The notes under the pieces: model-generated
Databases searched by the model: none
Seen by the model: only the letters and a program-made list of their open reading frames with translations
Told to the model about the DNA's origin: nothing
Source: Gemmatimonadales bacterium
GTDB taxonomy: Bacteria; Gemmatimonadota; Glassbacteria; GWA2-58-10
DNA: 64,000 bases
Direction of reading: 5' to 3'
NCBI GenBank assembly: GCA_024278175.1
Contig: JAJRTS010000003.1
Location: forward strand, 6,679-70,678
Program-made: the position numbers and the translations under genes
Shown: piece after piece, positions 36,679 through 46,512 of the stretch
How positions within the stretch are numbered: the stretch's first letter is position 1
Layout: each line of letters starts with the position of its first letter

Positions 36679-38604
36679 ATGGAATTATTCGTACCCGGCA
36701 GGATCTGTATGTTCGGCGAGCACTCGGACTGGGCGGGCGGCTACCGCAGGATCAATTCCGAAATCGAAAAGGGTTACACGATAATCGCCGGGACCAATCA
36801 GGGGATCTACGCCCGCATACGCCCCCACCCCGGCAAGCTGGTACTGACATCGTGCCTGCCCGACGGGCGCAGGATCGGGCCGTACGAGATACCGATGACC
36901 CGCGAGGCGCTGCTGGCCGAGGCCGAAAAAGGCGGGTTTTTCAGCTACATCGCGGGTGTGGCGTTCCAGGTGATGACGTTCTATCCGGTCAAGGGACTGG
37001 AGATAGACAACTACCGCACGGACATGCCGGTCAAGAAGGGACTGAGCAGTTCGGCGGCGGTTTGCGTGCTCACCGCCAGGGCGTTTAACAAAATCTACGA
37101 TCTGCGGATGACTGTCCGCGGCGAGATGGAGTTCGCCTACATGGGCGAAGTGATCACTCCCAGCCGCTGCGGCAGGATGGACCAGGGCTGCGCCTACGGC
37201 AACCGCCCCACGATGATGACGTTCGACCGTGACCTGCTGACCGTGGACGAGCTGAACGTGCCGGAAACGCTCCACATGGTGATTGTCGACCTCCGGGCGG
37301 AAAAAGATACCAAGGAAATTCTGGCCAGCCTGAACCACTCCTACCCGTTCGCCGAGAACGAGCTGGACCAGGGCGTGCAGCATTACCTGGGCAAGGCCAA
37401 CAAGATGCTGGTCCACGAGGCGGTCAAAGCGCTAAAAGCGGGCGATGCACAAGCTCTCGGCGCACTGATGACGCGGGCGCAGAAACTGTTCGACCAGTAC
37501 CTGACCCCGGCCTGCCCGGAACAACTGACAGCCCCGATCCTTCACGAGGCCCTCCGGTTCGGGGATATCAGCAAATTGATCTGGGGCGGCAAGGGTGTTG
37601 GCAGCCAGGGTGATGGGGCCGCGCAGTTCGTGGCCAGAGGCCCTGAGGAGCAGGCCGAAATAATCAGGCTGTTCGAGGAAGTAAAGGCAATGAAGGCGCT
37701 CAAGCTCGATATTCCGGCCACGCGAAGGGCGCGCAAGGTGCTGATCCCGGCCGCGGGTTTCGGTACGCGGCTGTTCCCGGCAACCAAGGCTATCCGCAAG
37801 GAGTTGTTTCCGGTTATCGGCCGCGACGGGGTGGCCCGCCCGGCGATTCTGATTCTGGTGGAAGAGGCGTTCGACTCTGGGGCGAGCTCGGTTTGTATCG
37901 TTGTGCGGAAAGAGGACGTGGAGATGTTCGAGAGCTTTTTCAACGCTCCGCTGGAGATTGGTCATTTCAACAAGCTCAGCCGCCAATCGAAAGCATACCA
38001 GAACCGGCTGATGGAACTTGGCTCAAAAACAGCCATTATCGCTCAGGACCACCAGGAAGGCCTGGGCCACGCGGTCCACGTGGCCGGCGACTGGGTAAAC
38101 GGCGAGCCGTTTCTGCTGATGCTCGGCGATCACATCTACCGCTCCAACTCCGATCTCCCCTGCGCCCGCCAGTTGCTGGACGTCTACGAAAAATACCAGA
38201 AGAACGTAGTGGGCCTTCGCGTGACAAAAGAAAGCGAGATCGGCCGCTTCGGTACGGTGGCGGGCCTGTGGGAGCCGGGCGATGAGCGTCTGCTCAATGT
38301 GACCGGGATCGCCGAGAAACCCTCGGTGGACTACGCCCGCGCCAACCTGAGAGTGGACAACCTGGCCGACGACGAGTACCTGACCATATTCGGCCTCTAC
38401 GTTCTCAGCCCATCGGTGCTGAACATCCTCAGGGAACATATCACCGACAACCTGCGCCGCAAGGGCGAGTTCGACCTGACCGCCGCGCTGGACGTGATGC
38501 GGGCCGAGGAAGGTTTCCTGGGCTATGTGGTCGATGGCGACCGGTTCGACATCGGCGTGCCCCAGGCCTATCTGGAGAGCCTGTTGGAATATCCGGCCGG
38601 CTGA
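36679..38604 (+). CDS. Bifunctional GHMP sugar kinase (galactokinase-like) / GalU-like sugar-1-phosphate nucleotidyltransferase
   Basis: N-terminal half: PGRICMFGEHSDW, PVKKGLSSSAA, CGRMDQ, GGKGVGSQGDG. C-terminal half: IPAAGFGTRLFPATKAIRKELFP, EGLGHAV, MLGDHIY, IAEKP, RFDIG. Confidence 0.88.
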   Translation: MELFVPGRICMFGEHSDWAGGYRRINSEIEKGYTIIAGTNQGIYARIRPHPGKLVLTSCLPDGRRIGPYEIPMTREALLAEAEKGGFFSYIAGVAFQVMTFYPVKGLEIDNYRTDMPVKKGLSSSAAVCVLTARAFNKIYDLRMTVRGEMEFAYMGEVITPSRCGRMDQGCAYGNRPTMMTFDRDLLTVDELNVPETLHMVIVDLRAEKDTKEILASLNHSYPFAENELDQGVQHYLGKANKMLVHEAVKALKAGDAQALGALMTRAQKLFDQYLTPACPEQLTAPILHEALRFGDISKLIWGGKGVGSQGDGAAQFVARGPEEQAEIIRLFEEVKAMKALKLDIPATRRARKVLIPAAGFGTRLFPATKAIRKELFPVIGRDGVARPAILILVEEAFDSGASSVCIVVRKEDVEMFESFFNAPLEIGHFNKLSRQSKAYQNRLMELGSKTAIIAQDHQEGLGHAVHVAGDWVNGEPFLLMLGDHIYRSNSDLPCARQLLDVYEKYQKNVVGLRVTKESEIGRFGTVAGLWEPGDERLLNVTGIAEKPSVDYARANLRVDNLADDEYLTIFGLYVLSPSVLNILREHITDNLRRKGEFDLTAALDVMRAEEGFLGYVVDGDRFDIGVPQAYLESLLEYPAG

Positions 38605-38721
38605 CTGATGTCGCTACAAAATGGTGGACAGCTCAAAACTCCAAAGCCATTCCCCCGGGCTGGAGGCCGTGGGGCCTGGTCCCATCGCCCGCTTTAGCGA
38701 ACACGTTAAGCTCCCGCTCAT

Positions 38722-39627
38722 TCAACCGCTCAACATCCCGATCTCCTTCAGCCAGGCCGTGAACAGCCCGCTCCAGCCGGCCACGGCGCCGCCGCGTACT
38801 CCCAGACCGAAACCGTGGCCGCCGTTGTCGAACAGATGCATCTCCGCCCTGACCCCGGCGCTTCTGAGGGCCCGGTAGATCCGGATACTGTTTTCAGCCG
38901 GGGTGGTCGTGTCATCGCCCGCGTTGACCAGAAACATCGGGGGGGCGTTTTTGGTCACGTTCGTGGTAAAATCAGGCGGCAGGCCCGGATAAATCAGCCC
39001 CGCAAAATCGGGGCGGCAGCTTACGCCCGCCACGGGGTCACCCACACCGTCCTTGCCCGGATAGGCCCCGGAGGCCACCGAAGCGGCCAGGTAACCGCCG
39101 GCCGAAAAACCCATCACACCGATCCTGGCCGGATCGATCCCCCACTTTTCGGCGTTAAAGCGCACCAGCCGCACCGCCCGCCTGCCATCGGAGATAATCG
39201 CTTTCATCTGCTCCGCCCGGTCCGGCGGCCCATCCGAGCGGGTGCGGTACTTGACCACGACCGCGGTAACGCCGACAGTGTTGAGCCAGAGGGCCACGTT
39301 GTGGCCCTCTTTGTCGATAGCCAGATGGGTGAACCCACCGCCGGGGAAAATCACCACCGCGGACCCGGTCGCCTTGCCCGCCGGCGCGGGGTAGACCGTA
39401 AGGGTCGGGACGCTCACGCGGTCAATCGAGCGGTTCCGGCCGCCGGGACGCTCGGTGATCGTCTCCGCGCCGGCATGGACGATAGCGTTGTCCGGGGGGC
39501 CGGCGGGCCAGAGGGGGATTATTTCCGGCTCCCCGGCCGCCACCGAACCGGCAACGAGCAGAACGGCAAACAGTGAAACGAAACTAAAACGGCTGGCAGG
39601 AAAAGTCCCGCGCGGGCTTAAGAGCAT
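38722..39627 (-). CDS. Secreted alpha/beta hydrolase (xylan/feruloyl esterase-like, BD-FAE type)
   Basis: FPGGGF, IDKEG, GVMGFSAGG nucleophile elbow, RPDFAGLIYP, GGHGFG; AAGGAG RBS. Confidence 0.85.
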   Translation of the reverse strand: MLLSPRGTFPASRFSFVSLFAVLLVAGSVAAGEPEIIPLWPAGPPDNAIVHAGAETITERPGGRNRSIDRVSVPTLTVYPAPAGKATGSAVVIFPGGGFTHLAIDKEGHNVALWLNTVGVTAVVVKYRTRSDGPPDRAEQMKAIISDGRRAVRLVRFNAEKWGIDPARIGVMGFSAGGYLAASVASGAYPGKDGVGDPVAGVSCRPDFAGLIYPGLPPDFTTNVTKNAPPMFLVNAGDDTTTPAENSIRIYRALRSAGVRAEMHLFDNGGHGFGLGVRGGAVAGWSGLFTAWLKEIGMLSG

Positions 39628-39699
39628 ACCGCAACTCCTTAGTCAATTAGAGACAACCTGTAGATTATCAAGCAGTTATATCAATAATGGCTTTCCCCG

Positions 39700-41502
39700 T
39701 CAGAACGGCCAGAACACGGGGATCAGCAGCGTGGCGGTAACAAGCAGAATGACGTTCAACGGCAAGCCCACCTTAACGAAATCGGTCAGCCGGTAGCCCC
39801 CCGGCCCGTAGACCATCAGGTTGGTCTGGTAGCCCAGCGGGGTGGCGAAACTGGCCGAGGCTCCGAATATCACCGCCATGGCGAACGCGCGCGGGTCCAC
39901 GCCCAGTTGCGCGGCCAGGCTGATCGCGAACGGGAACATCAGCGCGGCGGCGGCGTTGTTGGTTATTATCTCGGTAAAAACAGAACTCAGCAGGAACACC
40001 AGCGCCAGCATCGCCAGGTTGCCCAGACCTCCCAACTCACTTACCAGCACGCCGGTCACGCCCTCGACCAGCCCTGCATTGACCAGCGCCTTGCCCATCC
40101 CGAACGCGGCGGCGATAGTAATCAGCGTGGACCAGTCAATCTTCTGCCGCGCCACGGAGAACGGCACGCAGCGCGTGGCCACCATCAGCCCCGCCACCAG
40201 GAACGAGGAGTAGACAATCGGCAGGACCCGGGTGGCGAGCAGTGTCACCAGCAGGCCCAGCAGGGCGATCGAGAGGATAGCCTTGTCGTGACGCACGGGC
40301 CGGGAGTCGTCGAGCCCGCCCACCAGAAAAAAATCCGGGTTGTTGCGATGGGCGCGGATAAAGTGGGGCCCGGCCTGGATCAGCAGGGTGTCGCCCGCGC
40401 ATAGCTCGACACTGCCCACCTTGCCGCGCAGGCGCTCCCTGCCACGGTTGATCGCCATGATCGCCGCGTTGTAGCGGGCGCGGAAGTCGCTGGCGCGCAC
40501 GGTCTTGCCGATCAGCGGCGAAGTGTTGGAGATCACCGCCTCGCACATCATTCCCGCCTGCTGACGGATAACCGTGTCGCTTAACGGCGTCTCTCCCACC
40601 GGCTCCAGCCCGGCGATCTTGTCCAGGTCGACAATCGTGGAGGCGACACCGGTGAAGGTGAGGATGTCGCCCTCGCGAAAAATTTCATCGGGGCGCACCG
40701 GGGCAATCACCTGCTCGCCACGGATGATCTCGATCAGGAACAGGCCCGGCAGATGGCGCAGACCGGCGGCTTCCACCTGCTGGCCGCACAGACGGCAGCC
40801 GGCGCTTACCCGCATGTTGACCAGGTACTCACGCCGCGAATCGCCTGTTGCCTCGCTGAGGTCGACATGTGCGGGCAGCACCCTCCGTCCCCAGAGGACA
40901 AGGTAAAGAATCCCGATCACGGCGTAAGGTACTCCCACCACGGCCAGTTCGAACATGCCGATCGAGTGCAGCGAGGAGAACAGCTCGGGGTTCTCCTTGA
41001 ATTTTTCGACCATCAGACCGTTGACCACCAGGTTGGTGCTGGTCCCGATCAGCGTGCAGGTCCCCCCCAGAATCGAGAGGTAGCTCAACGGAATCAGCAA
41101 CCGTGAAGGTGAGATTTTGTGCGCCTTGCACCAGTTGTTGATTACCGGAATAAACATCGCCACCACCGGCGTGTTGTTCAGGAACGCGGAGATCGAGGGC
41201 ACGAACAGGGTCATGCGCTGGATCAGGCTCAGTTCGGTTTTTACCCGGCCCAGCAGGTAGCGGCCGATCACTTCCAGCGCGCCGGTTTCGGTCAGACCCG
41301 CCACCACCACGTAAAGCGCGGCCACGGTTAACATCCCCGTGTTGGCAAACCCGGAGAACGCCTCCTGCGGGCTGATTATCCCGGCCACCCCGCAGATCAC
41401 CACTCCGCCCACCAACACGAGGTCTGGCGGGAACTTGCGCAACAATCCCCAGAATATTGCGCCCAGCACCAGCACGGTGAACCAGATTTCCCAGTTGTAC
41501 AT
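39700..41502 (-). CDS. SLC13/DASS-family permease with two TrkA-C domains
   Basis: SAFLNNTPVVA, LGGTCTLIGTSTNLVV, TEIITNNAAA, FATPLGYQTNLMVYGPGGY. Confidence 0.92.
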   Translation of the reverse strand: MYNWEIWFTVLVLGAIFWGLLRKFPPDLVLVGGVVICGVAGIISPQEAFSGFANTGMLTVAALYVVVAGLTETGALEVIGRYLLGRVKTELSLIQRMTLFVPSISAFLNNTPVVAMFIPVINNWCKAHKISPSRLLIPLSYLSILGGTCTLIGTSTNLVVNGLMVEKFKENPELFSSLHSIGMFELAVVGVPYAVIGILYLVLWGRRVLPAHVDLSEATGDSRREYLVNMRVSAGCRLCGQQVEAAGLRHLPGLFLIEIIRGEQVIAPVRPDEIFREGDILTFTGVASTIVDLDKIAGLEPVGETPLSDTVIRQQAGMMCEAVISNTSPLIGKTVRASDFRARYNAAIMAINRGRERLRGKVGSVELCAGDTLLIQAGPHFIRAHRNNPDFFLVGGLDDSRPVRHDKAILSIALLGLLVTLLATRVLPIVYSSFLVAGLMVATRCVPFSVARQKIDWSTLITIAAAFGMGKALVNAGLVEGVTGVLVSELGGLGNLAMLALVFLLSSVFTEIITNNAAAALMFPFAISLAAQLGVDPRAFAMAVIFGASASFATPLGYQTNLMVYGPGGYRLTDFVKVGLPLNVILLVTATLLIPVFWPF

Positions 41503-41779
41503 CGTAACTCCCCGAACAAAACCAACGGACGTGCGCGACGCCATGTCATCACTTCGCTGATACGCTTATCTACATAATCGCTTCGTTGCCCGCTGGCAAG
41601 TATTTATGCATCCACACCGTCATTCGACACAAATTCAACCGCATGCGGCTCTAACCAGCGCCGGCAAGGTTGGCGTTTAATTCCCCGCCGCCGGCTGCCT
41701 TTAACACCCGCCCGTTACCCTTGCTCTTGTTTTTTCAGCTTTCCCGAGTTATCTTCAGCCATAGCCGCACATTGGCGGC

Positions 41780-41948
41780 TCACATATCCAGCAGTGCTTT
41801 TTCTTGCAAGGGAAGACGGGTAATCAATCCCGCGCTGACGTGCAGCCGTATGGAGCAACTTATGGGTCGGAGCCGGTCACTGTCCGTATCGGATGGGAAG
41901 GCCGGTTCTCTTGTGATGGCCCGCTCCAGAGCCGGAAAACCTTGGGAA
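41780..41948 (+). ncRNA. Cobalamin riboswitch
   Basis: Conserved elements in order: aagggaa (41808), cggg...cccg T-loop stem, gcagccgta, gtcactg (41876), gggaaggc (41895), and B12-box gagccggaaaacct (41929-41942). Lies in the leader of a TonB-dependent receptor. 5' end approximate. Confidence 0.85.
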
Positions 41949-41998
41949 AAAGCGATGCGCTTTCCGTACCTTTCACGTTTTTTGAAGGAGGAAGTGCC

Positions 41999-43993
41999 TT
42001 GCGTACTATCCACTGCCGTTTTTCCCTCCCGCTCCTGCTCACCCTGCTCGGTTTTGCGTCGCTCAGCGCGCAGACCGACGCCGGCACGGTGGTTGTTACC
42101 GCGGCGAGACACGAAACCAGCCTGCGCAGTGTGAGCACCACGGCCACTGTCGTTACCGCCGAACAGATCGGGCAGCGCGGCTACCGTAACGTGGCCGACA
42201 TCCTGCGCAACGAACTCAGCATCGATATCGCCCAGAGCGGCGGCCCCGGCGGACTGAGCTACCCCCAGGTCCGCGGCCTGCCCGGCAAGTACCTGGTGGT
42301 GCTGGTCGATGGTGTCCGCGTAAACGATCCCTCCGACCCCAACGGCGGACCGGGCACGATTTTCAGCCACGTGACCACCGGCGATATCGCGCGGATCGAA
42401 GTTATCCGCGGGGCCAAGAGCGCGCTCTACGGCTCCAACGCCGCCATGGGCGTAATCAACATCATCACCCGCAAGGGCGAGGGCAACGGGGAACTGAGGC
42501 TCTCCTACGAGGGCGGCTCACTGGCCAGCAACCGGGTGGATTTCGGCTACAGTATCGCCCAGGCCGGCTGGTCCCTGCGCGCCGACCAGAATATCACCGA
42601 CACCGACGGGGTTATCAAAGGCGAACAGTATAGCAACTTTACCACCAGCGTGAAACTGGGTTACGCAAACGGCAGCAAGTTTGAGTGGGAAACCCTTGTG
42701 CGCTACGCCAACACCGAGCAGAATTTTTCAGAGTTGAAAGAGAATTACGGCGGCCCGGCATGGACCGTCCAGCTTCCCGATCCCAACCAGAGAAACAACA
42801 TTAACTACACCACTTTCGGCACCAGGATTAAGCACTCGATTTTCGACAACTGGCGCCAGGAACTGAACTTCGGTGTCGGCCGCCGCTCCAGAACGACCTC
42901 CGATCCAGATGACGGGCTGCTGGGCAGCATGAGAGCCCCCTATGACGGTTTTACGCTGAACTGGGCGGACTACTACGACAAGGGTCAAAACGTTCCGGTT
43001 AGCGACGGGGCCTGGGGTGACTACTCCTACACCGGCACCAATGTCGATGTCGATTATCGTCACACGGCCACGTTCAGCGGCCAGAGGGCGAATGACATTC
43101 TGACCGCCGGGTTCGAGTATCTTTACCGTGACTACAAACAGACCGGCTCCAACGGCGATTTGACCACAAACGTCGGCAACGTGGCCGGATACCTCAACAA
43201 CCAGTTGCTGCTGCTCGAGGACGCCCTGAGTATCGACGCGGGCCTTCGTTTCGACAACCATCAGCAGGCGGGCAACTCCACCACCGGCAGTCTCGGCGCG
43301 GCCTACGACATCAAAAAGATCGGCCTGGTGCTGCGCGCCAACTACGGCAGCGCTTTCCGCGCTCCGGCAGTGTACGAACTCTTTTTCGATAACGCCTACG
43401 GCAAGGGTAATCCGAATCTTCGGCCAGAAGACGTTACTTCCTGGGAGTTCGGCTTCGAGAAATACTCCTGGGGAGGAAAATTCCAGATAATAGCCTCCAC
43501 CTGGCATTCCGAAATCGACAACGCGATTATCTATGTTACCGATCCGGCCACCTGGCAGGGGACTTATGTCAACGCCGATGAGGCCAAAAGTGATGGGGTG
43601 GAGGTGGGTATCAGCGCCGCGCCCCATCCCAACTGGCGCTTCGGGCTGAACTACACCTACACGGACAGCCGCAAGTTTGTCAAAGCCGATAACGCCTGGT
43701 CGCGGATGGTGCAGGTACCCTACAACAAGTACAACATCAACGCCACCTGGCTCTGCGGGGAAGCCTCCGTAAGCGTGGATGGCTACTGGGTCGACGGCAC
43801 CCGCCTGCGCTGGAACCTGACCGACAAGCTGGGCAGCTATTTCAAGCTGGACCTGACCGCCCGCGCCCCGGTTTCCCAGCATTTTGAACTGAGCCTGCGG
43901 GTGCGTAACCTGTTCGACAAGGACTACAACGAATCGTACGGGATGAGAGAAGCGGGAAGAACCGCTTATGGCGGCCTGACATTCAGGTATTAG
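41999..43993 (+). CDS. btuB: TonB-dependent receptor, probable vitamin B12 transporter
   Basis: AAGGAGG RBS with TTG start; TonB box TVVVTAAR; plug motifs VLVDGVRVN and IARIEVIRGAKSALYGSNAAMGVINIIT; NLFDKDY; terminal aromatic residue (FRY); riboswitch upstream. Confidence 0.85.
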   Translation: MRTIHCRFSLPLLLTLLGFASLSAQTDAGTVVVTAARHETSLRSVSTTATVVTAEQIGQRGYRNVADILRNELSIDIAQSGGPGGLSYPQVRGLPGKYLVVLVDGVRVNDPSDPNGGPGTIFSHVTTGDIARIEVIRGAKSALYGSNAAMGVINIITRKGEGNGELRLSYEGGSLASNRVDFGYSIAQAGWSLRADQNITDTDGVIKGEQYSNFTTSVKLGYANGSKFEWETLVRYANTEQNFSELKENYGGPAWTVQLPDPNQRNNINYTTFGTRIKHSIFDNWRQELNFGVGRRSRTTSDPDDGLLGSMRAPYDGFTLNWADYYDKGQNVPVSDGAWGDYSYTGTNVDVDYRHTATFSGQRANDILTAGFEYLYRDYKQTGSNGDLTTNVGNVAGYLNNQLLLLEDALSIDAGLRFDNHQQAGNSTTGSLGAAYDIKKIGLVLRANYGSAFRAPAVYELFFDNAYGKGNPNLRPEDVTSWEFGFEKYSWGGKFQIIASTWHSEIDNAIIYVTDPATWQGTYVNADEAKSDGVEVGISAAPHPNWRFGLNYTYTDSRKFVKADNAWSRMVQVPYNKYNINATWLCGEASVSVDGYWVDGTRLRWNLTDKLGSYFKLDLTARAPVSQHFELSLRVRNLFDKDYNESYGMREAGRTAYGGLTFRY

Positions 43994-44223
43994 TCTAAAA
44001 GCGTGTTGAAATATTCGAAAGTATGGGCATATGGTTGTCAAGGGCCGTTTTCCGCTATTCAAACCTGAAATGGCGTGTGCGATGTAACTGACTGGTATAA
44101 CTTAAGTAACAGGATCAGCAAAAAAAACGGCTTGTCTTGCCCTTGACAACCAGCCGAGCAAAAATTTTCACCACAGGGCGTTGAATGTCTTTATTTCAAC
44201 GCCCCTCTAACAGGTAGCTCGCT

Positions 44224-44901
44224 ATGCATAAGCGCAGGATCCAATACGAACGCATTCTGCTACCCGCCCTGGCACTCAGCGCGGCCTGCCATCTGCTGGC
44301 CGCGCTGGTGCCCGCCGGGGCTGTCGACTTTCTCCTGCGGCGGGAAGCCCGGCCGGCGCGCACCGTGCGCTTCGAGGTCGTGGAGTTGCTCGAGGAGCCG
44401 TTGCGCTTACCCGAAATCCGCGACGAGCAACGCCCTCCCCTCCCGCACACGGAAATTTTCGGAGCGCCTCCCCCACCCCGGCCCCGGCAGTCTGTCAACT
44501 GGCAACTGGCGGCCGTGGCCCCCGATCTCAGCTCTTTTGTAAAACCGGAACCCGACATCGTAGCGCCACCTCAACCGCCCCCTGCGGTGACGGCCACCGA
44601 TTCAGCGGCCAGGATCAACTCATATATCTCCCAGGTGCTGGCCCGGATCGAGCAGGCGCGACTCTACCCCGAAACAGCCCGCAGAATGGGCCAGCAGGGC
44701 GCGGTTGAGGTGGCGTTCGCCATTGGCCGCGATGGTGCGATAAGCAGGCCCGCCCGCCTGGTGATGGCCTCCCCGTTCGGCTCGCTCAACCGGGCCGCCT
44801 GTAACAGCATCAAACGCAGCGACCCGTTCCCCTCGCTCCCCCCCTGCATCATCGCCGATACGCTGTCGCTGGTGGTGACAATCAAGTTTCAACTGCATTA
44901 G
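44224..44901 (+). CDS. TonB-family energy transducer
   Basis: TM with SxxxH (SAACH), Pro-rich linker, and YPETARRMGQQGAVEVAFAI C-terminal domain. Confidence 0.8.
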   Translation: MHKRRIQYERILLPALALSAACHLLAALVPAGAVDFLLRREARPARTVRFEVVELLEEPLRLPEIRDEQRPPLPHTEIFGAPPPPRPRQSVNWQLAAVAPDLSSFVKPEPDIVAPPQPPPAVTATDSAARINSYISQVLARIEQARLYPETARRMGQQGAVEVAFAIGRDGAISRPARLVMASPFGSLNRAACNSIKRSDPFPSLPPCIIADTLSLVVTIKFQLH

Positions 44902-44913
44902 CCCGCTGGCCGA

Positions 44914-44942
44914 TTGACAACCCGTGCCCACTGGCCTACTTT
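44914..44942 (+). promoter_or_regulatory. Sigma70-like promoter
   Basis: TTGACA-17 nt-TACTTT, 50 nt upstream of the oxidoreductase start. Confidence 0.6.
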
Positions 44943-44992
44943 GTCTGCCAGCGGCATTGAACCGCAACAATCAACCAGAGCGGGAGGCATAG

Positions 44993-46264
44993 ATGAGCAA
45001 GAGGATCGGGGTCGGGTTTATCGGTGCAGGCTTTATTACCAACTTTCACATCCAGTCGTGGATAGGCGTGCGCGATGCCGACATTACGGGCATTGTCAGC
45101 CGCACCAGAGCCCACGCCGAGAGTGCGGCCGGGAACTGCCGCAAGTACAAGGTGGGCGATCCCAGGGTTTACGACAACGTGACCGACATGATCGCCGACC
45201 CGAATGTGGATGCGCTCTGGATCTGCGCTCCCAACTACGTGCGGATCCAGTTGATGGAAGAAATTGTGGCCGCGCTAAAGAGCGGCCGGGGCAAGCTGAT
45301 CGGTATCGCCTGCGAGAAGCCGCTGGCGCGTAACGTGGCCGAGGCCAAAAGGATGCTTGAGCTGGTGCAGGAGGCCGGAGTGCTTCACGGGTACCTGGAA
45401 AACCAGGTATTCGCGCCCTGTATCACCCGCGGCCGCGATATCCTCTGGCGGCGTGGTGCGGCGGTGAGCGGAGCACCGTATCTTACCCGTTGTGCGGAGG
45501 AACACTCAGGCCCGCACGAGCCGTGGTTCTGGCAGGGGGAACAGCAGGGTGGCGGCGTGCTCAACGACATGCTCTGCCACAGTATTGAAGTCGCTCGCCT
45601 GCTCCTGACCGATCCTGCTAAACCATCGAGTTCCCTGGTCCCGAAAGCTGTAGCGGCGGAAATTGGCTGCCTCAAGTGGAGCCGCCCCGAGTACGCCGAG
45701 ATTCTCAAGAACAACAGCGGCGGCCAGTTGGACTATTTGAACCATCCCTCTGAGGACTACGCACGGGCCACGGTTACGTTCGAGGACGACGAAGGCCGGG
45801 CGTGCATTGCCGAAGTGAGCACCAGCTGGAGTTTTGTCGGCGCGGGCCTTCGGCTCACCTACGAGGTAATGGGCCCCGAGTACAATATGCAGAGCAACAG
45901 CCTCAATACCGAACTGAACGTGTTCCTCAGCCGCAAGGTAACCGGCAGCGAGGGCGAGGACCTCGTTGAAAAACAGAACGCCGAGCAGGGGCTGATGCCG
46001 GTCGTATCCGATGAGCCGGTTGCATACGGCTACACGGAACAGAACCGCCAGATGGCCCGCTGTTTCGCCGAAGGCCGTCAGCCGGAGCAGGGATTCGAGA
46101 ATGGCGTGCTTGTGATGCAGCTTTTAATGAGCGCCTACATGGCCGCCGAGCAGAACAAGAAGCTTTCGTTCCCGCCCAGGGGGCTGGAACGGTTTGTCCC
46201 GAAAGTGGCGCTGGGCACCTGGAAGGCCAGGGACCTGGTGGAGGGCCTTGAGCCGGAAGACTGA
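44993..46264 (+). CDS. Gfo/Idh/MocA-family oxidoreductase
   Basis: GFIGAGFI Rossmann motif, CEKPLARN, GGGVLNDMLCHS; GGAGG RBS. Confidence 0.92.
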   Translation: MSKRIGVGFIGAGFITNFHIQSWIGVRDADITGIVSRTRAHAESAAGNCRKYKVGDPRVYDNVTDMIADPNVDALWICAPNYVRIQLMEEIVAALKSGRGKLIGIACEKPLARNVAEAKRMLELVQEAGVLHGYLENQVFAPCITRGRDILWRRGAAVSGAPYLTRCAEEHSGPHEPWFWQGEQQGGGVLNDMLCHSIEVARLLLTDPAKPSSSLVPKAVAAEIGCLKWSRPEYAEILKNNSGGQLDYLNHPSEDYARATVTFEDDEGRACIAEVSTSWSFVGAGLRLTYEVMGPEYNMQSNSLNTELNVFLSRKVTGSEGEDLVEKQNAEQGLMPVVSDEPVAYGYTEQNRQMARCFAEGRQPEQGFENGVLVMQLLMSAYMAAEQNKKLSFPPRGLERFVPKVALGTWKARDLVEGLEPED

Positions 46265-46302
46265 GTGTCCGGTCTGCTGTTGTTCAACACAGATCAATCG
46301 AG

Positions 46303-46339
46303 AAAAGGACCGGGCGGTAAATCGCCCGGTCCTTTTTTT
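46303..46339 (+). terminator. Intrinsic terminator
   Basis: aaaaggaccgggcg-gtaaat-cgcccggtcc followed by a T7 run. Confidence 0.88.
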
Positions 46340-46512
46340 ACCCTTCCCGGGCGGACGGGAAATATTTTACTGCCCCTTGCGCTTGAGACCACGCTTTGAA
46401 TTTGTTATTAACTTGACTAACGGAAATAAATTGTTGATTTTACTGCTACCGCTGTTATTACGTCAGCGGCAAACCTTACCGTTATCAAAACCAACTGTCC
46501 GGGGAGAGCGCC

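Noticed and set aside
41804-41998. N-terminal extension of the TonB-dependent receptor in the ORF track
   Set aside because: It overlaps the cobalamin riboswitch. The real start is more likely TTG 41999, which has an AAGGAGG RBS and a signal peptide.
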